Of a DNA stretch of 64,000 bases, positions 49,926 through 61,585 are shown piece by piece. Numbering within the stretch: the stretch's first letter is position 1; each line of letters opens with the position of its first letter. The position numbers were made by a program, and so were the translations under genes. The stretch is from Escherichia coli (GTDB taxonomy: Bacteria; Pseudomonadota; Gammaproteobacteria; Enterobacterales; Enterobacteriaceae), in NCBI RefSeq assembly GCF_003334315.1, contig NZ_QOWR01000023.1; one strand, 5' to 3'. Under the pieces are notes generated by a model. The model had not been told where the DNA came from and ran no database searches. It worked only from the letters and a program-made list of their open reading frames with translations.

Positions 49926-50698
49926 GCGTTTTTCTCCCTCGAATGCTCATTATGCTCACCGGGCAGGCGGGTAATCCGTGCGTGGCGAGCCTGATCTTCA
50001 TCGAATCGTTTCATGGTGGTGTGAACAAAACTAAGGTGCGCCATCATTGCTTTACGCGCCCCGTCAGCATCACCGGCAAAAATGGCGTCAATGACAGCCT
50101 GATGTTGTTCGGTCAGTTGTGAAAAAACCGGTGGCACCAGATACATCCGCTGACGGCTATGCTTCACTGAGGATTGCAGGACATCGAAGAAACCGCGCAT
50201 GGTTTGCAGCAGCACGATGTTATGTGAGGCTTCGGCAATCGCCAGATGAAAACGAACGTCCGCTTGTGAGGCGATATCCGGGTCTTCACTTAGCGTTGCT
50301 TCAAAGCAAAGCTGAATCTTTTCTTTGTCGCCAGGTGTGGCGCGCATTGCCGCATGCCATGCGGTGCTGGCTTCAATGGCGTAGCGGGCTTCCAGAATAT
50401 CGAAACTGTAATCCGGATCATCGGCCATCAGTGTTTTTAGCGGCTGGACGATGTTTTGCTCCGACCATGTGTCATGACGCCAGCGAATAAACGTCCCGCC
50501 GCCGCGTCGACTGAGCAGCACGCCTTCACTCACCAGTTTTGCCAGCGCCTCGCGCAGTGAATTACGTGATACGCCGAGTTGCATCGCCAGTTGGCGCTCA
50601 GCGGGCAACTTCATGCCCGCTTCCAGGTTTTTTTCATCAATCAGCGCCCGCACACGATCGGCAACCTCGTCTGACAGGCGTCTGGGTAAAACAATCAT
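49922..50698 (-). CDS. lldR: GntR-family lactate-responsive regulator
   Basis: ORF track 49922..50713; start trimmed to [23 protein letters not shown] (258 aa). Confidence 0.93.
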
Positions 50699-52353
50699 TA
50701 AGGAATCATCCACGTTAAGACATAAGCCTGAAGCGTGGTGATCACGCCCACTATACAGGTGAAGATCAGGCTGTGTTTGACAGTAAAGCGGAACAAATCA
50801 GACTCTTTGCCCACCAGGCCTACCGCCGCACAGGCGATAGCGATAGATTGCGGGGAGATCATCTTACCGGTGACGCCACCGGTGGTATTGGCGGCAACCA
50901 GCAACAGATCAGAGACGCCAATTTGTTGTGCTGCGGTGGCTTGCAGCGCGGCGAACAGGGCGTTAGATGAGGTATCCGACCCGGTCAGGAATACCCCCAG
51001 CCAGCCGAGGAACGGCGAGAAGAAGGTGAATGCATGACCGGTGTGCGCCAGTGCCAGCGCCAGTGTTGATGACAGTCCGGAATAGTTCGAAATAAAGGCG
51101 AATGCCAGCACCATACCGATGGAGTAGATGGGCAGAGCCAGTTCTTTCAGCGTGCTGCCGAAGGTGCTGATAGCGTCAGACGGTTTCATCTTCAGCCAGA
51201 CAATCGAGAGCAGTGCAGCAAACAGAATGGCGGTGCCGGTGGCAGAGAACCAGTCAAACTTAAACACGGCGGCATAGGCTGTAGCCTCGCTGACCACTGG
51301 CGGCATACGGGCAACCAGTTTATCGAGGTACGGCACCGGAATATTGATCACCCACTCATACAGCGCGCCACCCGATGCGAACAGGGCTTTAAACGGCGGG
51401 ATACTCCACAGTGTTACGGTAGCTGTCAGGAACAGGAACGGTGTCCAGGCACGTAACACCTGACCCGCAGTGTAACCGGTGTGGGCCAGCGTCATATCAA
51501 CCTGTGACGCCCCCAAATCACCAAAACGGAATACACGCACTGGCTGCCAGCGTTTGAGGAACAGCGTCAGGCAGAGCAGTGATACCAGCGAAGAGATAAT
51601 GTCCGGCAGCTCCGGCCCAATGAAGTTAGAGCTAAGGTACTGAGCGATGGCAAACGAGCCGCCCGCAACCACGACCGCAGGCCACGTCTCTTTGATACCG
51701 CGCCAGCCGTCCATAATCGCCATGATCCAGAACAGCACGATAATGGTCATAAACGGTAGCTGCCGCCCCACCATCTGACCAATCTCAAAGCTGTCGATAC
51801 CTGTTACCTGTCCGGCAACCAGGATTGGAATGCCCATCGCACCAAATGCCACTGGCGCGGTGTTAACAATCAGGCACAGCCCGGCGGCGTACAGCGGTTT
51901 AAAACCCAGGCCGACCAGCAATGCGGCGGTAATTGCTACCGGTGCGCCAAAGCCTGCGGCTCCTTCAAGGAACGCGCCGAAACAGAAACCGACGATCAGC
52001 ATTTGCAGACGCTGGTCAGGGGTTATCGAAAGAATAGACGAGCGAATGATGTCAAACTGCCCGGTTTTCACCGAGATCTTATAGACGAACACCGCTGCAA
52101 TAATGATCCACGCGATGGGCCACAACCCGTAGAAGAAACCATAAACCACCGAGGCCAGCGCGTTAGCGACCGGCATTTTATAGAACAGCAAAGCCACGGC
52201 AAGGGCGATTGCCACCGTCCACGAGGCGGCGACGTATCCTTTCAGTTTGAGCTTAATCAGCGCAAAGAAGAAAAACAGGATGGGAAGCGATGCTATCAGA
52301 CTGGAAAGCCAGATATTCCCGGCGGGATCGTAGTTTTGTTGCCAGAGATTCAT
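50698..52353 (-). CDS. lldP: L-lactate permease
   Basis: ORF track 50698..52380; start trimmed to [28 protein letters not shown] (551 aa). Confidence 0.93.
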   Translation of the reverse strand: MNLWQQNYDPAGNIWLSSLIASLPILFFFFALIKLKLKGYVAASWTVAIALAVALLFYKMPVANALASVVYGFFYGLWPIAWIIIAAVFVYKISVKTGQFDIIRSSILSITPDQRLQMLIVGFCFGAFLEGAAGFGAPVAITAALLVGLGFKPLYAAGLCLIVNTAPVAFGAMGIPILVAGQVTGIDSFEIGQMVGRQLPFMTIIVLFWIMAIMDGWRGIKETWPAVVVAGGSFAIAQYLSSNFIGPELPDIISSLVSLLCLTLFLKRWQPVRVFRFGDLGASQVDMTLAHTGYTAGQVLRAWTPFLFLTATVTLWSIPPFKALFASGGALYEWVINIPVPYLDKLVARMPPVVSEATAYAAVFKFDWFSATGTAILFAALLSIVWLKMKPSDAISTFGSTLKELALPIYSIGMVLAFAFISNYSGLSSTLALALAHTGHAFTFFSPFLGWLGVFLTGSDTSSNALFAALQATAAQQIGVSDLLLVAANTTGGVTGKMISPQSIAIACAAVGLVGKESDLFRFTVKHSLIFTCIVGVITTLQAYVLTWMIP

Positions 52354-52641
52354 TGCAGGTCTCCTGGAGTCCACGCACATCGTGTAATGAGTCTGTTGCT
52401 CATCTCCTTGTCACACGTTGTGTAAAAGTGGCACTGCCAATTGTGTTGTGTAGGGATAATGACAATGAATGGTTAACTAAATGTTATGTATTGGCAACAT
52501 TGATGTGAGTTTTAATTGGGAAATTGTGAACCAGAGGTCAGATAAGCGAAGAATTGGTAGGGCCAATTCTTGTGGGGGGAGATGTCTGGTAAAGAAAAGG
52601 GCAATCCTCATCAGAGAATTGCCCTTAGGTTGTTGATCCAG

Positions 52642-52690
52642 AGCGCCTTATCTTGCCGGATGCGGCGTGAACACCTTACTCGGCCTATAG
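52642..52690. repeat. REP-like palindromic element
   Basis: gcgccttatcttgccggatgcggcgtgaacaccttactcggcctatag is REP-like (GCCGGATGCGGCG...). Confidence 0.5.
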
Positions 52691-52724
52691 GAATGTGCAG
52701 AATCACCCTGTAGATACTGTGTTC

Positions 52725-53087
52725 TTAAAACGCGGTCTTTGAAAACCCAGTCATCTCCTGCAGGCCCATTTCGCGGCCCAGTGCGGTCATTGGGTGCACA
52801 ACGACCAGTCCGCGAACACTTTTCTTCAGCTTGCCCATATCAGCCTGCTCTTTTTTGGTAATTGCGCGCTGGAATGGCATCTTCATCAGCTTCTGTGCTT
52901 CTTTACTCAGTTTTTGGCTATGAACTTCACGCAGGCGAGCAATTTCTGCTTCCAGCGTGGCTTTCTCTTTTTCCAGCTCGGCATATTTGTCTGCGGCTTC
53001 AACCAGCGAAAGATCGGCCTGCTGGTGGCGGATGGCGTCCAGGCGATCGCTGAGACGTTTGATTTCGTTTTTTTCGACTTCTTTCAT
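52725..53087 (-). CDS. yibL: YibL-family protein (ribosome-associated, function unknown)
   Basis: 120-aa [31 protein letters not shown]; position between lldP and mtlR. Confidence 0.85.
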
Positions 53088-53371
53088 GTGATGGCTTCTG
53101 ATAAAGATAAATTTATAGCCCCTAGTATGCGCGACCAGGTGCTTTGTTCACAACTAATGACATTGTAATAGTTCTGTAACGTAATCATTAACATGCTCAA
53201 AAACTACGCAATTCGTTGATTAATTAAGAAATCTATAGAAAAAAGATAATAAACAGCAGCGGATGATTATTGAGGATTCAGCACGTTTTCCTTAATGTCA
53301 TCTTTACCGGGAACCTAAACTAAAATTGGCGGCCGCGCATTCCCGGCGCGGGGTAATACGGAGATATCATC

Positions 53372-53581
53372 ATGGGCAAATTAGGTGAAAACGTTCCGCT
53401 TCTTATCGATAAAGCCGTAGATTTCATGGCATCAAGCCAGGCGTTCCGGGAGTATCTGAAAAAACTTCCTCCCCGTAACGCGATTCCGTCCGGAATACCC
53501 GATGAAAGCGTGCCGTTATATCTACAACGTCTGGAGTATTATCGTCGGCTTTATCGGCCGAAGCAGGTAGAGGGGCAGTAA
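53372..53581 (+). CDS. yibT: small protein of unknown function (69 aa)
   Basis: 69-aa [34 protein letters not shown], isolated in an intergenic gap; symbol assigned from position only. Confidence 0.5.
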
Positions 53582-53592
53582 GCAGACGTTGC

Positions 53593-54180
53593 TTACTTTT
53601 GAAAGGCTTTTTTTAAGCTGATTTTGGAAATCAGCTCAGTCAGTGAAAGGACCATTGTTGATCGCACAGCCTGTTGATAGCGCTGAATTTGCATTGCATA
53701 CAAACTGGAGTCTGCTGGTTCAAACTGTGGCGGCGGTGGTAACGCCGCCACGCAGTGCAGTTCACCAAAGGGTCCAAGGATTTCGTCGTCGGTAAAGGCG
53801 TACTCGTTGCCGTCGTGATTTAGCTCTTCACGCAATGCCATCAGCAGTTCCGCATCTTCGTATTCCTGGCGGTTAATGACGCCCAACCCGTAAATGAGTT
53901 TTAAACGCACAGAAAGATCGCCCAGCGGACCATCGCCGTCGAGTAACGGTTCTACAGCATACTTCACCGCGTAATCGTCTTTGCGGAATACCTGAAGCAC
54001 CAGAAGATTTACCGCCTCGGTCAGGAGCTCGACGGCGGTGATCAGAAAGCTTCGCACGGTTTTGCCAGCATTCAGACGCTCAAGCACACGGTTTTCAAAG
54101 GCCTGGGTTTGTTCCATTGTTGCCTGCATATCTGACAATCTGTTATTCGGGCGCAGGGTGTCCTGCGCCTGGTCCACCAT
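53593..54180 (-). CDS. mtlR: mannitol operon repressor
   Basis: 195-aa [34 protein letters not shown]; directly downstream of mtlD. Confidence 0.93.
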   Translation of the reverse strand: MVDQAQDTLRPNNRLSDMQATMEQTQAFENRVLERLNAGKTVRSFLITAVELLTEAVNLLVLQVFRKDDYAVKYAVEPLLDGDGPLGDLSVRLKLIYGLGVINRQEYEDAELLMALREELNHDGNEYAFTDDEILGPFGELHCVAALPPPPQFEPADSSLYAMQIQRYQQAVRSTMVLSLTELISKISLKKAFQK

Positions 54181-55328
54181 TATTGCATTGCTTTATAAGC
54201 GGTTACCGCCTCGGATACAACCTCGCTGTTGGCATCAAGACCGGAAATCTGTGCCAGCGCCGCCTGCGGACCTTTGTCAGCGATCAGTGCTGCCAGTTCC
54301 TGAGCCTGCGGATCATCTTCACTGCGGAAGTGCATTGCAGCGGCAATACCTTCAATCAGGTTTTTATGTGGCAGACCATATTCCAGCGTACCGAGCAGTG
54401 GCTTGATCAGACGGTCGCCAGCACTCAGTTTACGCAGTGGCTGACGGCCTACGCGCTCTACATCATCTTTCAGATACGGGTTCTCAAAACGGCCGAGAAT
54501 TTTCTGGATGTACGCCGCATGCTTGTCAGCGTCAAAGCCGTAGCGCTTGATCAATACTGCACCACTTTCTTCCATCGCACCTTTTACCACCGCGCGGATT
54601 TTCTCGTCGAGAATCGCGTCACGAATGGTCTGATGACCGGCCAGTTTTCCGAGGTACGCGGTTATAGCATGACCCGTGTTCAGGGTGAAGAGTTTACGTT
54701 CGACAAATGCCATCAGGTTGTCGGTTAACTCCATGCCTGGGATGTTCGGCAGTGCGCCTTTGAACTGCGTTTTATCGACAATCCATTCGCTGAAGGTTTC
54801 TACCGTCACTTCCAGCGGATCGTTAGTTGCCGAAGCCGAAGGCGGTACGATGCGGTCAACGGCGGAATCGACAAAGCCAACGTGTTCTTCTACCCACGCT
54901 TTGGCGTCTTCCGGCAGGGCGTTCATCACATGGCCTTTCAGCTGCGTGGTACCGCGTACCATGTTTTCACAGGCGATGATGTTCAGCGGGGATTCATTAC
55001 CTTGTTCTTTACGTTTCACCAGCCCTTTGGCGATTGCCGGAGCAATACGTTCCAGCACAACCGGGCCAACGGCGGTAGTGACTAAATCAACCTGAGCAAT
55101 CAGATCAACGACATCATCACCAATGCTGCTGACAGCATTGACGCCGGAAACGGTATCTACCTGCTCGGTTTCACCAACCACATGTACCTGATAGCTATGA
55201 CGGGCATTCAGGGCATCAAGTACCACCTGATTGACATCGGCAAACGTCAGTTGGATACCCGCGTCTGCCAGCAGTTTACCGATAAAGCCACGACCGATAT
55301 TACCTGCGCCAAAATGTAATGCTTTCAT
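54180..55328 (-). CDS. mtlD: mannitol-1-phosphate 5-dehydrogenase
   Basis: ORF track 54180..55646; start trimmed to [24 protein letters not shown] (382 aa); cat seen at 55326-55328. Confidence 0.95.
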   Translation of the reverse strand: MKALHFGAGNIGRGFIGKLLADAGIQLTFADVNQVVLDALNARHSYQVHVVGETEQVDTVSGVNAVSSIGDDVVDLIAQVDLVTTAVGPVVLERIAPAIAKGLVKRKEQGNESPLNIIACENMVRGTTQLKGHVMNALPEDAKAWVEEHVGFVDSAVDRIVPPSASATNDPLEVTVETFSEWIVDKTQFKGALPNIPGMELTDNLMAFVERKLFTLNTGHAITAYLGKLAGHQTIRDAILDEKIRAVVKGAMEESGAVLIKRYGFDADKHAAYIQKILGRFENPYLKDDVERVGRQPLRKLSAGDRLIKPLLGTLEYGLPHKNLIEGIAAAMHFRSEDDPQAQELAALIADKGPQAALAQISGLDANSEVVSEAVTAYKAMQ

Positions 55329-55339
55329 AGTATTAACCT

Positions 55340-55557
55340 TCATCAATGTTTTTACCCGAGAGGGCTGGGGTGAGGCTTTTCCCTCACCCAAACCCTCTCC
55401 GTGAGGAGAGGGGCAGCGCCGGATGCGGCGTAAGCGCCTTATCCGGCCTACAAGAACGTGCAAATTCAACAAATTGTGATGCATCCTGTAGGCCTGATAA
55501 GCGTAGCGCATCAGGCAATTAACCCCACCTTCTCCATGTGGAGAGGGTGGGATTGGA
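55340..55557. repeat. REP elements plus GC-rich hairpins in the mtlA-mtlD intergenic region
   Basis: gccggatgcggcgtaagcgccttatccggcctaca and ctgtaggcctgataagcgtagcgcatcaggc (REP), flanked by ccctctccgtgaggagaggg and cccaccttctccatgtggagagggtggg hairpins. Confidence 0.8.
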
Positions 55558-57471
55558 TTACTTACGACCTGCCAGCAGTTCCAGCACTTCATCCACGCTG
55601 GTGGTGTGTGCCAGACGCTCGATGACGGACTCATCATCCAGTGCATTGGTCAGGCTGGTGATAACCTGAATGTGCTCGTTGTTACGGGCAGCAATACCAA
55701 TCACCAGACGGGCAATGTCATCTTCTTCTTCACCGAAGCGCACGCCTTCCGGGTACTGGCAGAACACGACGCCCGTTTTCAGTACGCGATCTTTCGCTTC
55801 AACCGTACCGTGTGGCACCGCGATAGACTCACCCAGATAAGTCGGGGTCAGTTTTTCACGATCCAGCATCGCCTGAACGTATTCCGGCTCAACGTAACCG
55901 CCTTTCACCAGCTGCTCGCCAGCAAAACGAATCGCTTCTTCTTTGGTTGCCGCTTTGCGACCGAGGAAGATGTTCTCCGCGCCTAGCTTGAACAGGTTAG
56001 CACTGGAATCGTCAAAGCTGTCTTTCAGGCTGTCTTTTACTTTCTCTTCGTTTGCCGTGTGGCGTTGGGCAGCAACCAGACGTTCGGTCAGGCTGGTGTA
56101 CAGGCCGCTGTCGAGGAAGTTGGTCAGCGAAATATGCTGTGCCTGCGGAACCTGGCGCATAGCGCGTTCGGTCAGGTCACGGTGAGTGATGACGAGGTCC
56201 ACATCTGGCGGCAGGTTGTTGATCGCGCTGTTAGTAACAGAAATCTGCGACAGACCTGCATCCTGAATTTTCTTACGCAGAACGCCTGCGCCCATCGCAC
56301 TGGAACCCATACCGGCGTCACAGGCAACGATGATTTTACGTACGTGGCTCAGGTCGTTAGTCACATCGCCAGCAGACAGCGGAGATGCGCCTTTAGACTC
56401 AGCTTTCATGTCCTGCATACGACGAGTTGCTGCTTCAATATCATCTTCTTCTTTCACTTTGCTGGTTTTCAGCAAAATAGCAGAGACAACGAAGGAGACA
56501 GCCATCGCCGCACACACACCCGCGATGTTAGCGAAGTAAGCACCTTTTGGTGTCATCGCCAGTACAGCAAGGATAGAACCCGGAGATGCCGGAGAAACCA
56601 GACCACCGCCCAGGATAGTCAGCGTGAACACGCCAGTCATACCGCCGAGGATGACTGCGAGGATCAGACGCGGATTCATCAGCACATACGGGAAGTAGAT
56701 TTCGTGGATACCCCCCAGGAAGTGGATGATTGCCGCACCGCCCGCAGACTGTTTAGCGCTACCACGACCAAAGAACATGTACGCCAGCAGCACGCCCATA
56801 CCTGGACCTGGGTTAGCTTCAATCAGGAAGAAGATTGATTTACCCAGTTCATGGGACTGCTGAATACCCAGCGGCGAGAAGATACCGTGGTTAATGGCGT
56901 TGTTGAGGAACAGGATTTTCGCCGGTTCAACAAAGATAGACGCCAGCGGCAGCATGTCATGGACAACCATGAAGTTAACGCCCGCAGCCAGCATTTTGGA
57001 CAGGGCTTCAACAATCGGGCCAATGCCGAGGAATGCCAGAATAGCGAGGATCATCCCGATGATGCCTGCGGAGAAGTTATTCACCAGCATCTCAAAACCG
57101 GATTTGATCTTACCGTCTACCCAGCGGTCGAAGTGCTTAATGCACCAGCCGCCCAGCGGACCTGCAATCATAGAACCGAGGAACATCGGCATGTCTGCGC
57201 CGACGATAACGCCCATGGTGGTGATGGCACCGACTACGCCGCCACGTTCGCCGCCTACCAGCTTACCACCGGTATAACCGATCAGCAGCGGCAGGAGATA
57301 AGTGATCATCGGCCCGACCAGCTTCGCCAGCGTCTCGTTCGGTAACCACCCTGTTGGAATAAATAACGCGGTGATGATACCCCACGCGATAAACGCGCCG
57401 ATATTTGGCATCACCATGTTGCTGAGGAAACGACCAAAGCTTTGCACTTTGATCTTAATATCGGATGACAT
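55558..57471 (-). CDS. mtlA: PTS mannitol-specific EIICBA
   Basis: 637-aa [35 protein letters not shown]. Confidence 0.97.
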   Translation of the reverse strand: MSSDIKIKVQSFGRFLSNMVMPNIGAFIAWGIITALFIPTGWLPNETLAKLVGPMITYLLPLLIGYTGGKLVGGERGGVVGAITTMGVIVGADMPMFLGSMIAGPLGGWCIKHFDRWVDGKIKSGFEMLVNNFSAGIIGMILAILAFLGIGPIVEALSKMLAAGVNFMVVHDMLPLASIFVEPAKILFLNNAINHGIFSPLGIQQSHELGKSIFFLIEANPGPGMGVLLAYMFFGRGSAKQSAGGAAIIHFLGGIHEIYFPYVLMNPRLILAVILGGMTGVFTLTILGGGLVSPASPGSILAVLAMTPKGAYFANIAGVCAAMAVSFVVSAILLKTSKVKEEDDIEAATRRMQDMKAESKGASPLSAGDVTNDLSHVRKIIVACDAGMGSSAMGAGVLRKKIQDAGLSQISVTNSAINNLPPDVDLVITHRDLTERAMRQVPQAQHISLTNFLDSGLYTSLTERLVAAQRHTANEEKVKDSLKDSFDDSSANLFKLGAENIFLGRKAATKEEAIRFAGEQLVKGGYVEPEYVQAMLDREKLTPTYLGESIAVPHGTVEAKDRVLKTGVVFCQYPEGVRFGEEEDDIARLVIGIAARNNEHIQVITSLTNALDDESVIERLAHTTSVDEVLELLAGRK

Positions 57472-57614
57472 AAAAACACCCCTTCTTATGTTTGCTGTCG
57501 CGCAGGCTGGAAGCCCGAGGTTTTTTGTTAATGTGGCGGCAGAGGTAGCCGGACCTTGTAGATACTGCGAAATCTGGCACTGAATCGGTTAACTGTCCAG
57601 TCGACGGCCTTTTG

Positions 57615-57630
57615 TGTGATATCAATCACA
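57615..57630. promoter_or_regulatory. CRP-type palindrome in the mtlA promoter region
   Basis: TGTGA-TATCAA-TCACA. Confidence 0.6.
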
Positions 57631-57731
57631 TAAATATAGGGGGTAGAGAGGTAATTGACGTGACGTTCATCACAAAACGCTTGTGTAAAAAAGCAACAAG
57701 GCGGCGATTTTCGCTAAAAATGGCATTTAAA

Positions 57732-57747
57732 TGTGAGTAGTGTCACA
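57732..57747. promoter_or_regulatory. CRP-type palindrome in the mtlA promoter region
   Basis: TGTGA-GTAGTG-TCACA. Confidence 0.6.
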
Positions 57748-57775
57748 TTTTTGTTTTGATGGTTTGTTGAATCTT

Positions 57776-57791
57776 TGTGATCTGAATCACA
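57776..57791. promoter_or_regulatory. CRP-type palindrome in the mtlA promoter region
   Basis: TGTGA-TCTGAA-TCACA. Confidence 0.6.
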
Positions 57792-58007
57792 AGATATTTT
57801 CTTACGGCGTTCACCTGATGTGATCTACAGCATGTTATGCCTTCGTCATACAATCGTTATGTAACTAAGCAACTCATCACCTCTAAAAATTATTCTTTGG
57901 TGTTATGGCGAGAATCGCGAACCCGGATTATTGTCAAAATATCAGCCTGACTCCCTTCTGGCTGCCAGCCCAAAAACAACACTGATAAACGTGAATCCGA
58001 GGCAGAT

Positions 58008-58370
58008 ATGTTTCTAAACTATTTCGCGTTGGGAGTGCTGATCTTCGTCTTTCTGGTGATTTTTTATGGAATCATCGCGATACATGACATCCCTTATCTG
58101 ATTGCCAAAAAGCGCAACCATCCCCATGCCGACGCTATTCATACGGCGGGCTGGGTGAGCCTGTTTACTCTGCATGTTATCTGGCCGTTTCTGTGGATCT
58201 GGGCGACGCTCTATCAACCGGAGCGTGGCTGGGGTATGCAGTCACATGTTGCGTCGCAGGAGAAAGCGACTGACCCGGAAATCGCCTCACTTTCTGACCG
58301 AATTTCCCGGCTGGAGCATCAACTCGCCGCCGAGAAAAAGACTGACTATTCCACGTTCCCGGAGATCTAA
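58008..58370 (+). CDS. yibI: small inner-membrane protein (DUF3302-like)
   Basis: 120-aa ORF with a hydrophobic N-terminus, immediately upstream of yibH. Confidence 0.85.
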   Translation: MFLNYFALGVLIFVFLVIFYGIIAIHDIPYLIAKKRNHPHADAIHTAGWVSLFTLHVIWPFLWIWATLYQPERGWGMQSHVASQEKATDPEIASLSDRISRLEHQLAAEKKTDYSTFPEI

Positions 58371-58372
58371 TT

Positions 58373-59509
58373 ATGGATCTATTGATTGTTTTAACTTACG
58401 TGGCGCTGGCGTGGGCGGTCTTTAAAATCTTCCGCATTCCGGTAAATCAGTGGACGCTGGCGACGGCGGCGCTGGGAGGCGTGTTTCTGGTGAGTGGTTT
58501 GATTTTGTTGATGAACTACAACCACCCTTACACTTTTACCGCGCAAAAGGCAGTGATAGCGATCCCTATCACGCCACAGGTGACGGGAATTGTTACTGAA
58601 GTCACTGACAAGAATAATCAGCTTATTCAAAAGGGCGAGGTGCTTTTTAAGCTCGACCCGGTTCGTTACCAGGCGCGAGTTGACAGACTTCAGGCTGACC
58701 TGATGACGGCGACGCATAATATAAAGACGCTGCGTGCGCAGCTCACTGAAGCGCAGGCCAACACCACCCAGGTTTCAGCGGAGCGCGACCGTCTGTTTAA
58801 AAATTATCAACGTTACTTGAAAGGCAGCCAGGCGGCGGTGAATCCGTTCTCGGAACGTGACATCGACGATGCGCGGCAAAATTTCCTCGCGCAGGATGCG
58901 CTGGTGAAAGGCTCGGTGGCGGAGCAGGCGCAGATCCAGAGCCAGCTCGACAGTATGGTTAACGGCGAGCAATCGCAGATTGTGAGCTTAAGAGCGCAAC
59001 TTACTGAAGCAAAATATAACCTTGAGCAGACTGTCATTCGCGCGCCGAGCAATGGCTACGTTACTCAGGTACTGATCCGCCCAGGTACATACGCAGCTGC
59101 CTTGCCGCTGCGTCCGGTGATGGTCTTCATCCCCGAGCAAAAACGGCAAATTGTCGCCCAATTTCGGCAAAACTCGCTGTTACGTCTGAAACCCGGCGAT
59201 GATGCGGAAGTGGTGTTTAACGCGCTACCTGGGCAGGTGTTTCACGGCAAACTGACTAGTATTTTACCTGTCGTGCCAGGCGGTTCTTATCAGGCGCAGG
59301 GGGTATTGCAATCATTAACGGTCGTGCCCGGCACGGACGGTGTGCTGGGAACCATTGAACTGGACCCTAACGATGATATCGATGCCTTACCCGACGGCAT
59401 CTACGCCCAGGTGGCGGTTTACTCCGACCATTTCAGCCATGTTTCGGTGATGCGGAAAGTGCTGCTAAGAATGACCAGCTGGATGCATTATCTTTATTTG
59501 GATCATTGA
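58373..59509 (+). CDS. yibH: HlyD-family membrane-fusion / periplasmic adaptor protein
   Basis: 378-aa ORF with N-terminal TM anchor, coiled-coil centre and C-terminal beta domain. Confidence 0.88.
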   Translation: MDLLIVLTYVALAWAVFKIFRIPVNQWTLATAALGGVFLVSGLILLMNYNHPYTFTAQKAVIAIPITPQVTGIVTEVTDKNNQLIQKGEVLFKLDPVRYQARVDRLQADLMTATHNIKTLRAQLTEAQANTTQVSAERDRLFKNYQRYLKGSQAAVNPFSERDIDDARQNFLAQDALVKGSVAEQAQIQSQLDSMVNGEQSQIVSLRAQLTEAKYNLEQTVIRAPSNGYVTQVLIRPGTYAAALPLRPVMVFIPEQKRQIVAQFRQNSLLRLKPGDDAEVVFNALPGQVFHGKLTSILPVVPGGSYQAQGVLQSLTVVPGTDGVLGTIELDPNDDIDALPDGIYAQVAVYSDHFSHVSVMRKVLLRMTSWMHYLYLDH

Positions 59510-59968
59510 GGGGGAGGGGGGAGATTATGGAACTTTGCTCCTTGTAAGGACTAATTATTTTTGCATATTACTTCATTAGCTGCGATGATTTTTCTTTAAT
59601 ATTCATTATGTTAATAAGTTCTGGATGAGTGTGCTCTCATTGGATTTTTTATCCGTCTTGTTCTGCCGCAGGATGAGACTATACATCGTCGAGATCGCAA
59701 TGATGATATGAGTTGTTCCTCCTGCGACGGCTCTAATCAAAAAAGAGCAGGAGTGCTTTTCCATCTATTGCGATGATGGCTTTATTATCTGAAGGATGAC
59801 AGTCACATTTAAAAAATATTTAATCTATAGATCACAATGTAGGGTCATGGAATATATGTATACAACTATTTTCTTCTTCACTTTTAATTATCGTATTCAT
59901 TATAAAACTAAGTTAAAAAAACTCCTGGAGAGTGAGTTATTAATATATTTTTAAATAAAATTAAGTTA

Positions 59969-60406
59969 TCATTCATCGATGCACTTTATAGAATCATCAA
60001 TGGCCATAATAGTACTATTAACTCTCAATTTTATATTTTTATCATCACTACAAATATTAACTGAATTTATATCAATGATTTTTTTATTCTTATCTTTTAT
60101 TTTATTTACTGTTTCAATGCAATCAGCGGCAAGTTGGAGTGGATTTAGATTTTTCAGATATGGTCTTATGATCTTTCCCTTACTTAATAAATAGCATGTA
60201 TAGGATTCGGAAAGTCCAGCATCTATTTTGTACCTCATTATATTAGATAAGGATGTGAGAAATTCCTTGTTATCATTCGCAGCCATATATGCCAGTCCGA
60301 GTTCAGCCTCTGCGGCCTTACAGGCAAAATAGCTTAGTGAACACGCTTTTCGTCCCTCTTTAGTACTGGCTGATATTAGTGCCCATAATATTGCTTTGTC
60401 TGCCAA
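59969..60406 (-). CDS. hypothetical protein (145 aa), candidate Rhs-associated immunity protein
   Basis: AT-rich ORF with no family I recognise; lies in the Rhs orphan-module region. Confidence 0.4.
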   Translation of the reverse strand: MADKAILWALISASTKEGRKACSLSYFACKAAEAELGLAYMAANDNKEFLTSLSNIMRYKIDAGLSESYTCYLLSKGKIIRPYLKNLNPLQLAADCIETVNKIKDKNKKIIDINSVNICSDDKNIKLRVNSTIMAIDDSIKCIDE

Positions 60407-60494
60407 ATCTAACTCTCTCTGAAATTGTCTTGCAGTAACTGCACTCGCAGAAATAGAGAAAAAAATACAATTGTTAATAACCTTGCCATATTTT

Positions 60495-60788
60495 TTAGTC
60501 CGTAACTGTTAATGTGCTATCTGGCTCTGAAAATATTAACTCATTTAATTTTTGCATGTCATTAGATAAACCAGTTATACAACCCTCGGAACAGAATCGA
60601 GGTCCTAAAGACGGACCAAAAGCGTTTAAACAACTATGTATTGAAAATCCATTGCGATTATAAGTTCCTGTATTAACTGACGGTACTAATCGTATGCCGT
60701 CAGGTTTTCTATTGCTTGCTCCCGGGTCATTAACATTCCAACTCCATAGGCCTTGAGGTATTGGCCATCTATTTATAAATGTGTACAA
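60495..60788 (-). CDS. hypothetical protein (97 aa), possible toxin-tip fragment
   Basis: ORF with apparent TTG start, immediately downstream of a degenerate Rhs core-end remnant. Confidence 0.3.
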   Translation of the reverse strand: MYTFINRWPIPQGLWSWNVNDPGASNRKPDGIRLVPSVNTGTYNRNGFSIHSCLNAFGPSLGPRFCSEGCITGLSNDMQKLNELIFSEPDSTLTVTD

Positions 60789-60861
60789 CGGGGATTATTT
60801 TTACATTGCATATTATTACCAGAAGCGACTGGAATACTAAGCACATCATAAAAATTATCAT

Positions 60862-61100
60862 CACATGGTATATCTGAAACACACGAAAGCATACCTAAAG
60901 TTATGCTGTATAAACAGGTGGCTAATCCCAAGGGGATCGATTCCAGAAATCGGGTTCAACGGATACTGATAAAAATTCCACCTACCTTCCAGCCCAATCG
61001 GAGCCTGAGTGTTATACCGCCCCTGCTGCGGTTAATGTTACCGATAATAGTTATAGTACAGCCCTGATTCATCATCATACTACTGCTGCGGCAGTCTGAT
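60862..61100 (-). pseudogene. degenerate third copy of the Rhs core 3'-end segment
   Basis: Nucleotide similarity to the core-end segments at 62100-62260 and 63855-64000 (ggttcaacggatactgataaaaattcca...agcccaatcgg...ataccgcccctgc); hand translation gives ...[24 protein letters not shown]...DPLG with in-frame stops on both sides. Confidence 0.4.
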
Positions 61101-61112
61101 GAACTATTGCTT

Positions 61113-61574
61113 TTACGGATTCTCCTTATTCTTCCTTCTATCCATTCGCTTTAGCTTTTTGAGCTCTTGAAGTTTGCTCTTTGCATCAATATTACCGTTA
61201 TTTACAGCGAATTTCATCCAATAAATAGCTCTATTCAAATTATAATATTCTGATAATGTTGGATTTGTATCTGATAAAAAGACCCCATAATTAAACTGCG
61301 CTGTAACATTCCCCTGAGATGCTGATCTTTCCAAGAATCGCAATTGTTTATCAATATTATTTTTAGTAAAGCAGTAATATTGATATAGTCGAAATGATGC
61401 CTCTGAATCACCATGTTGTGATTTATACTTCAGTTTCATCAGCTTTTCTTCACTTAAATCATAGGTCATTGCTGTAGATCCCATCACACTTTCGTTTTCT
61501 TTTATTTTCACATCAGCACCATGCAATTGACCAATAAGAGAAAAATAAAAAAATAGTAACAAGCATGCTTTCAT
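61113..61574 (-). CDS. yibG: Sel1/TPR-like repeat protein with signal peptide; probable immunity protein for the adjacent orphan Rhs toxin tip
   Basis: 153-aa ORF MKACLLLFFYFSLIGQLHG...; immediately downstream of the orphan rhs fragment. Confidence 0.7.
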   Translation of the reverse strand: MKACLLLFFYFSLIGQLHGADVKIKENESVMGSTAMTYDLSEEKLMKLKYKSQHGDSEASFRLYQYYCFTKNNIDKQLRFLERSASQGNVTAQFNYGVFLSDTNPTLSEYYNLNRAIYWMKFAVNNGNIDAKSKLQELKKLKRMDRRKNKENP

Positions 61575-61585
61575 ACATCTACAAC

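Noticed and set aside
56059-56838. 259-aa plus-strand ORF
   Set aside because: Antisense to mtlA; His/Arg-rich junk translation.
59510-59968. Possible small RNA or mobile-element remnant in the AT-rich gap after yibH (begins with a G-run, gagggggagggggg)
   Set aside because: No terminator, inverted repeats, or transposase/integrase ORF; probably just the AT-rich junction of the Rhs accessory region.
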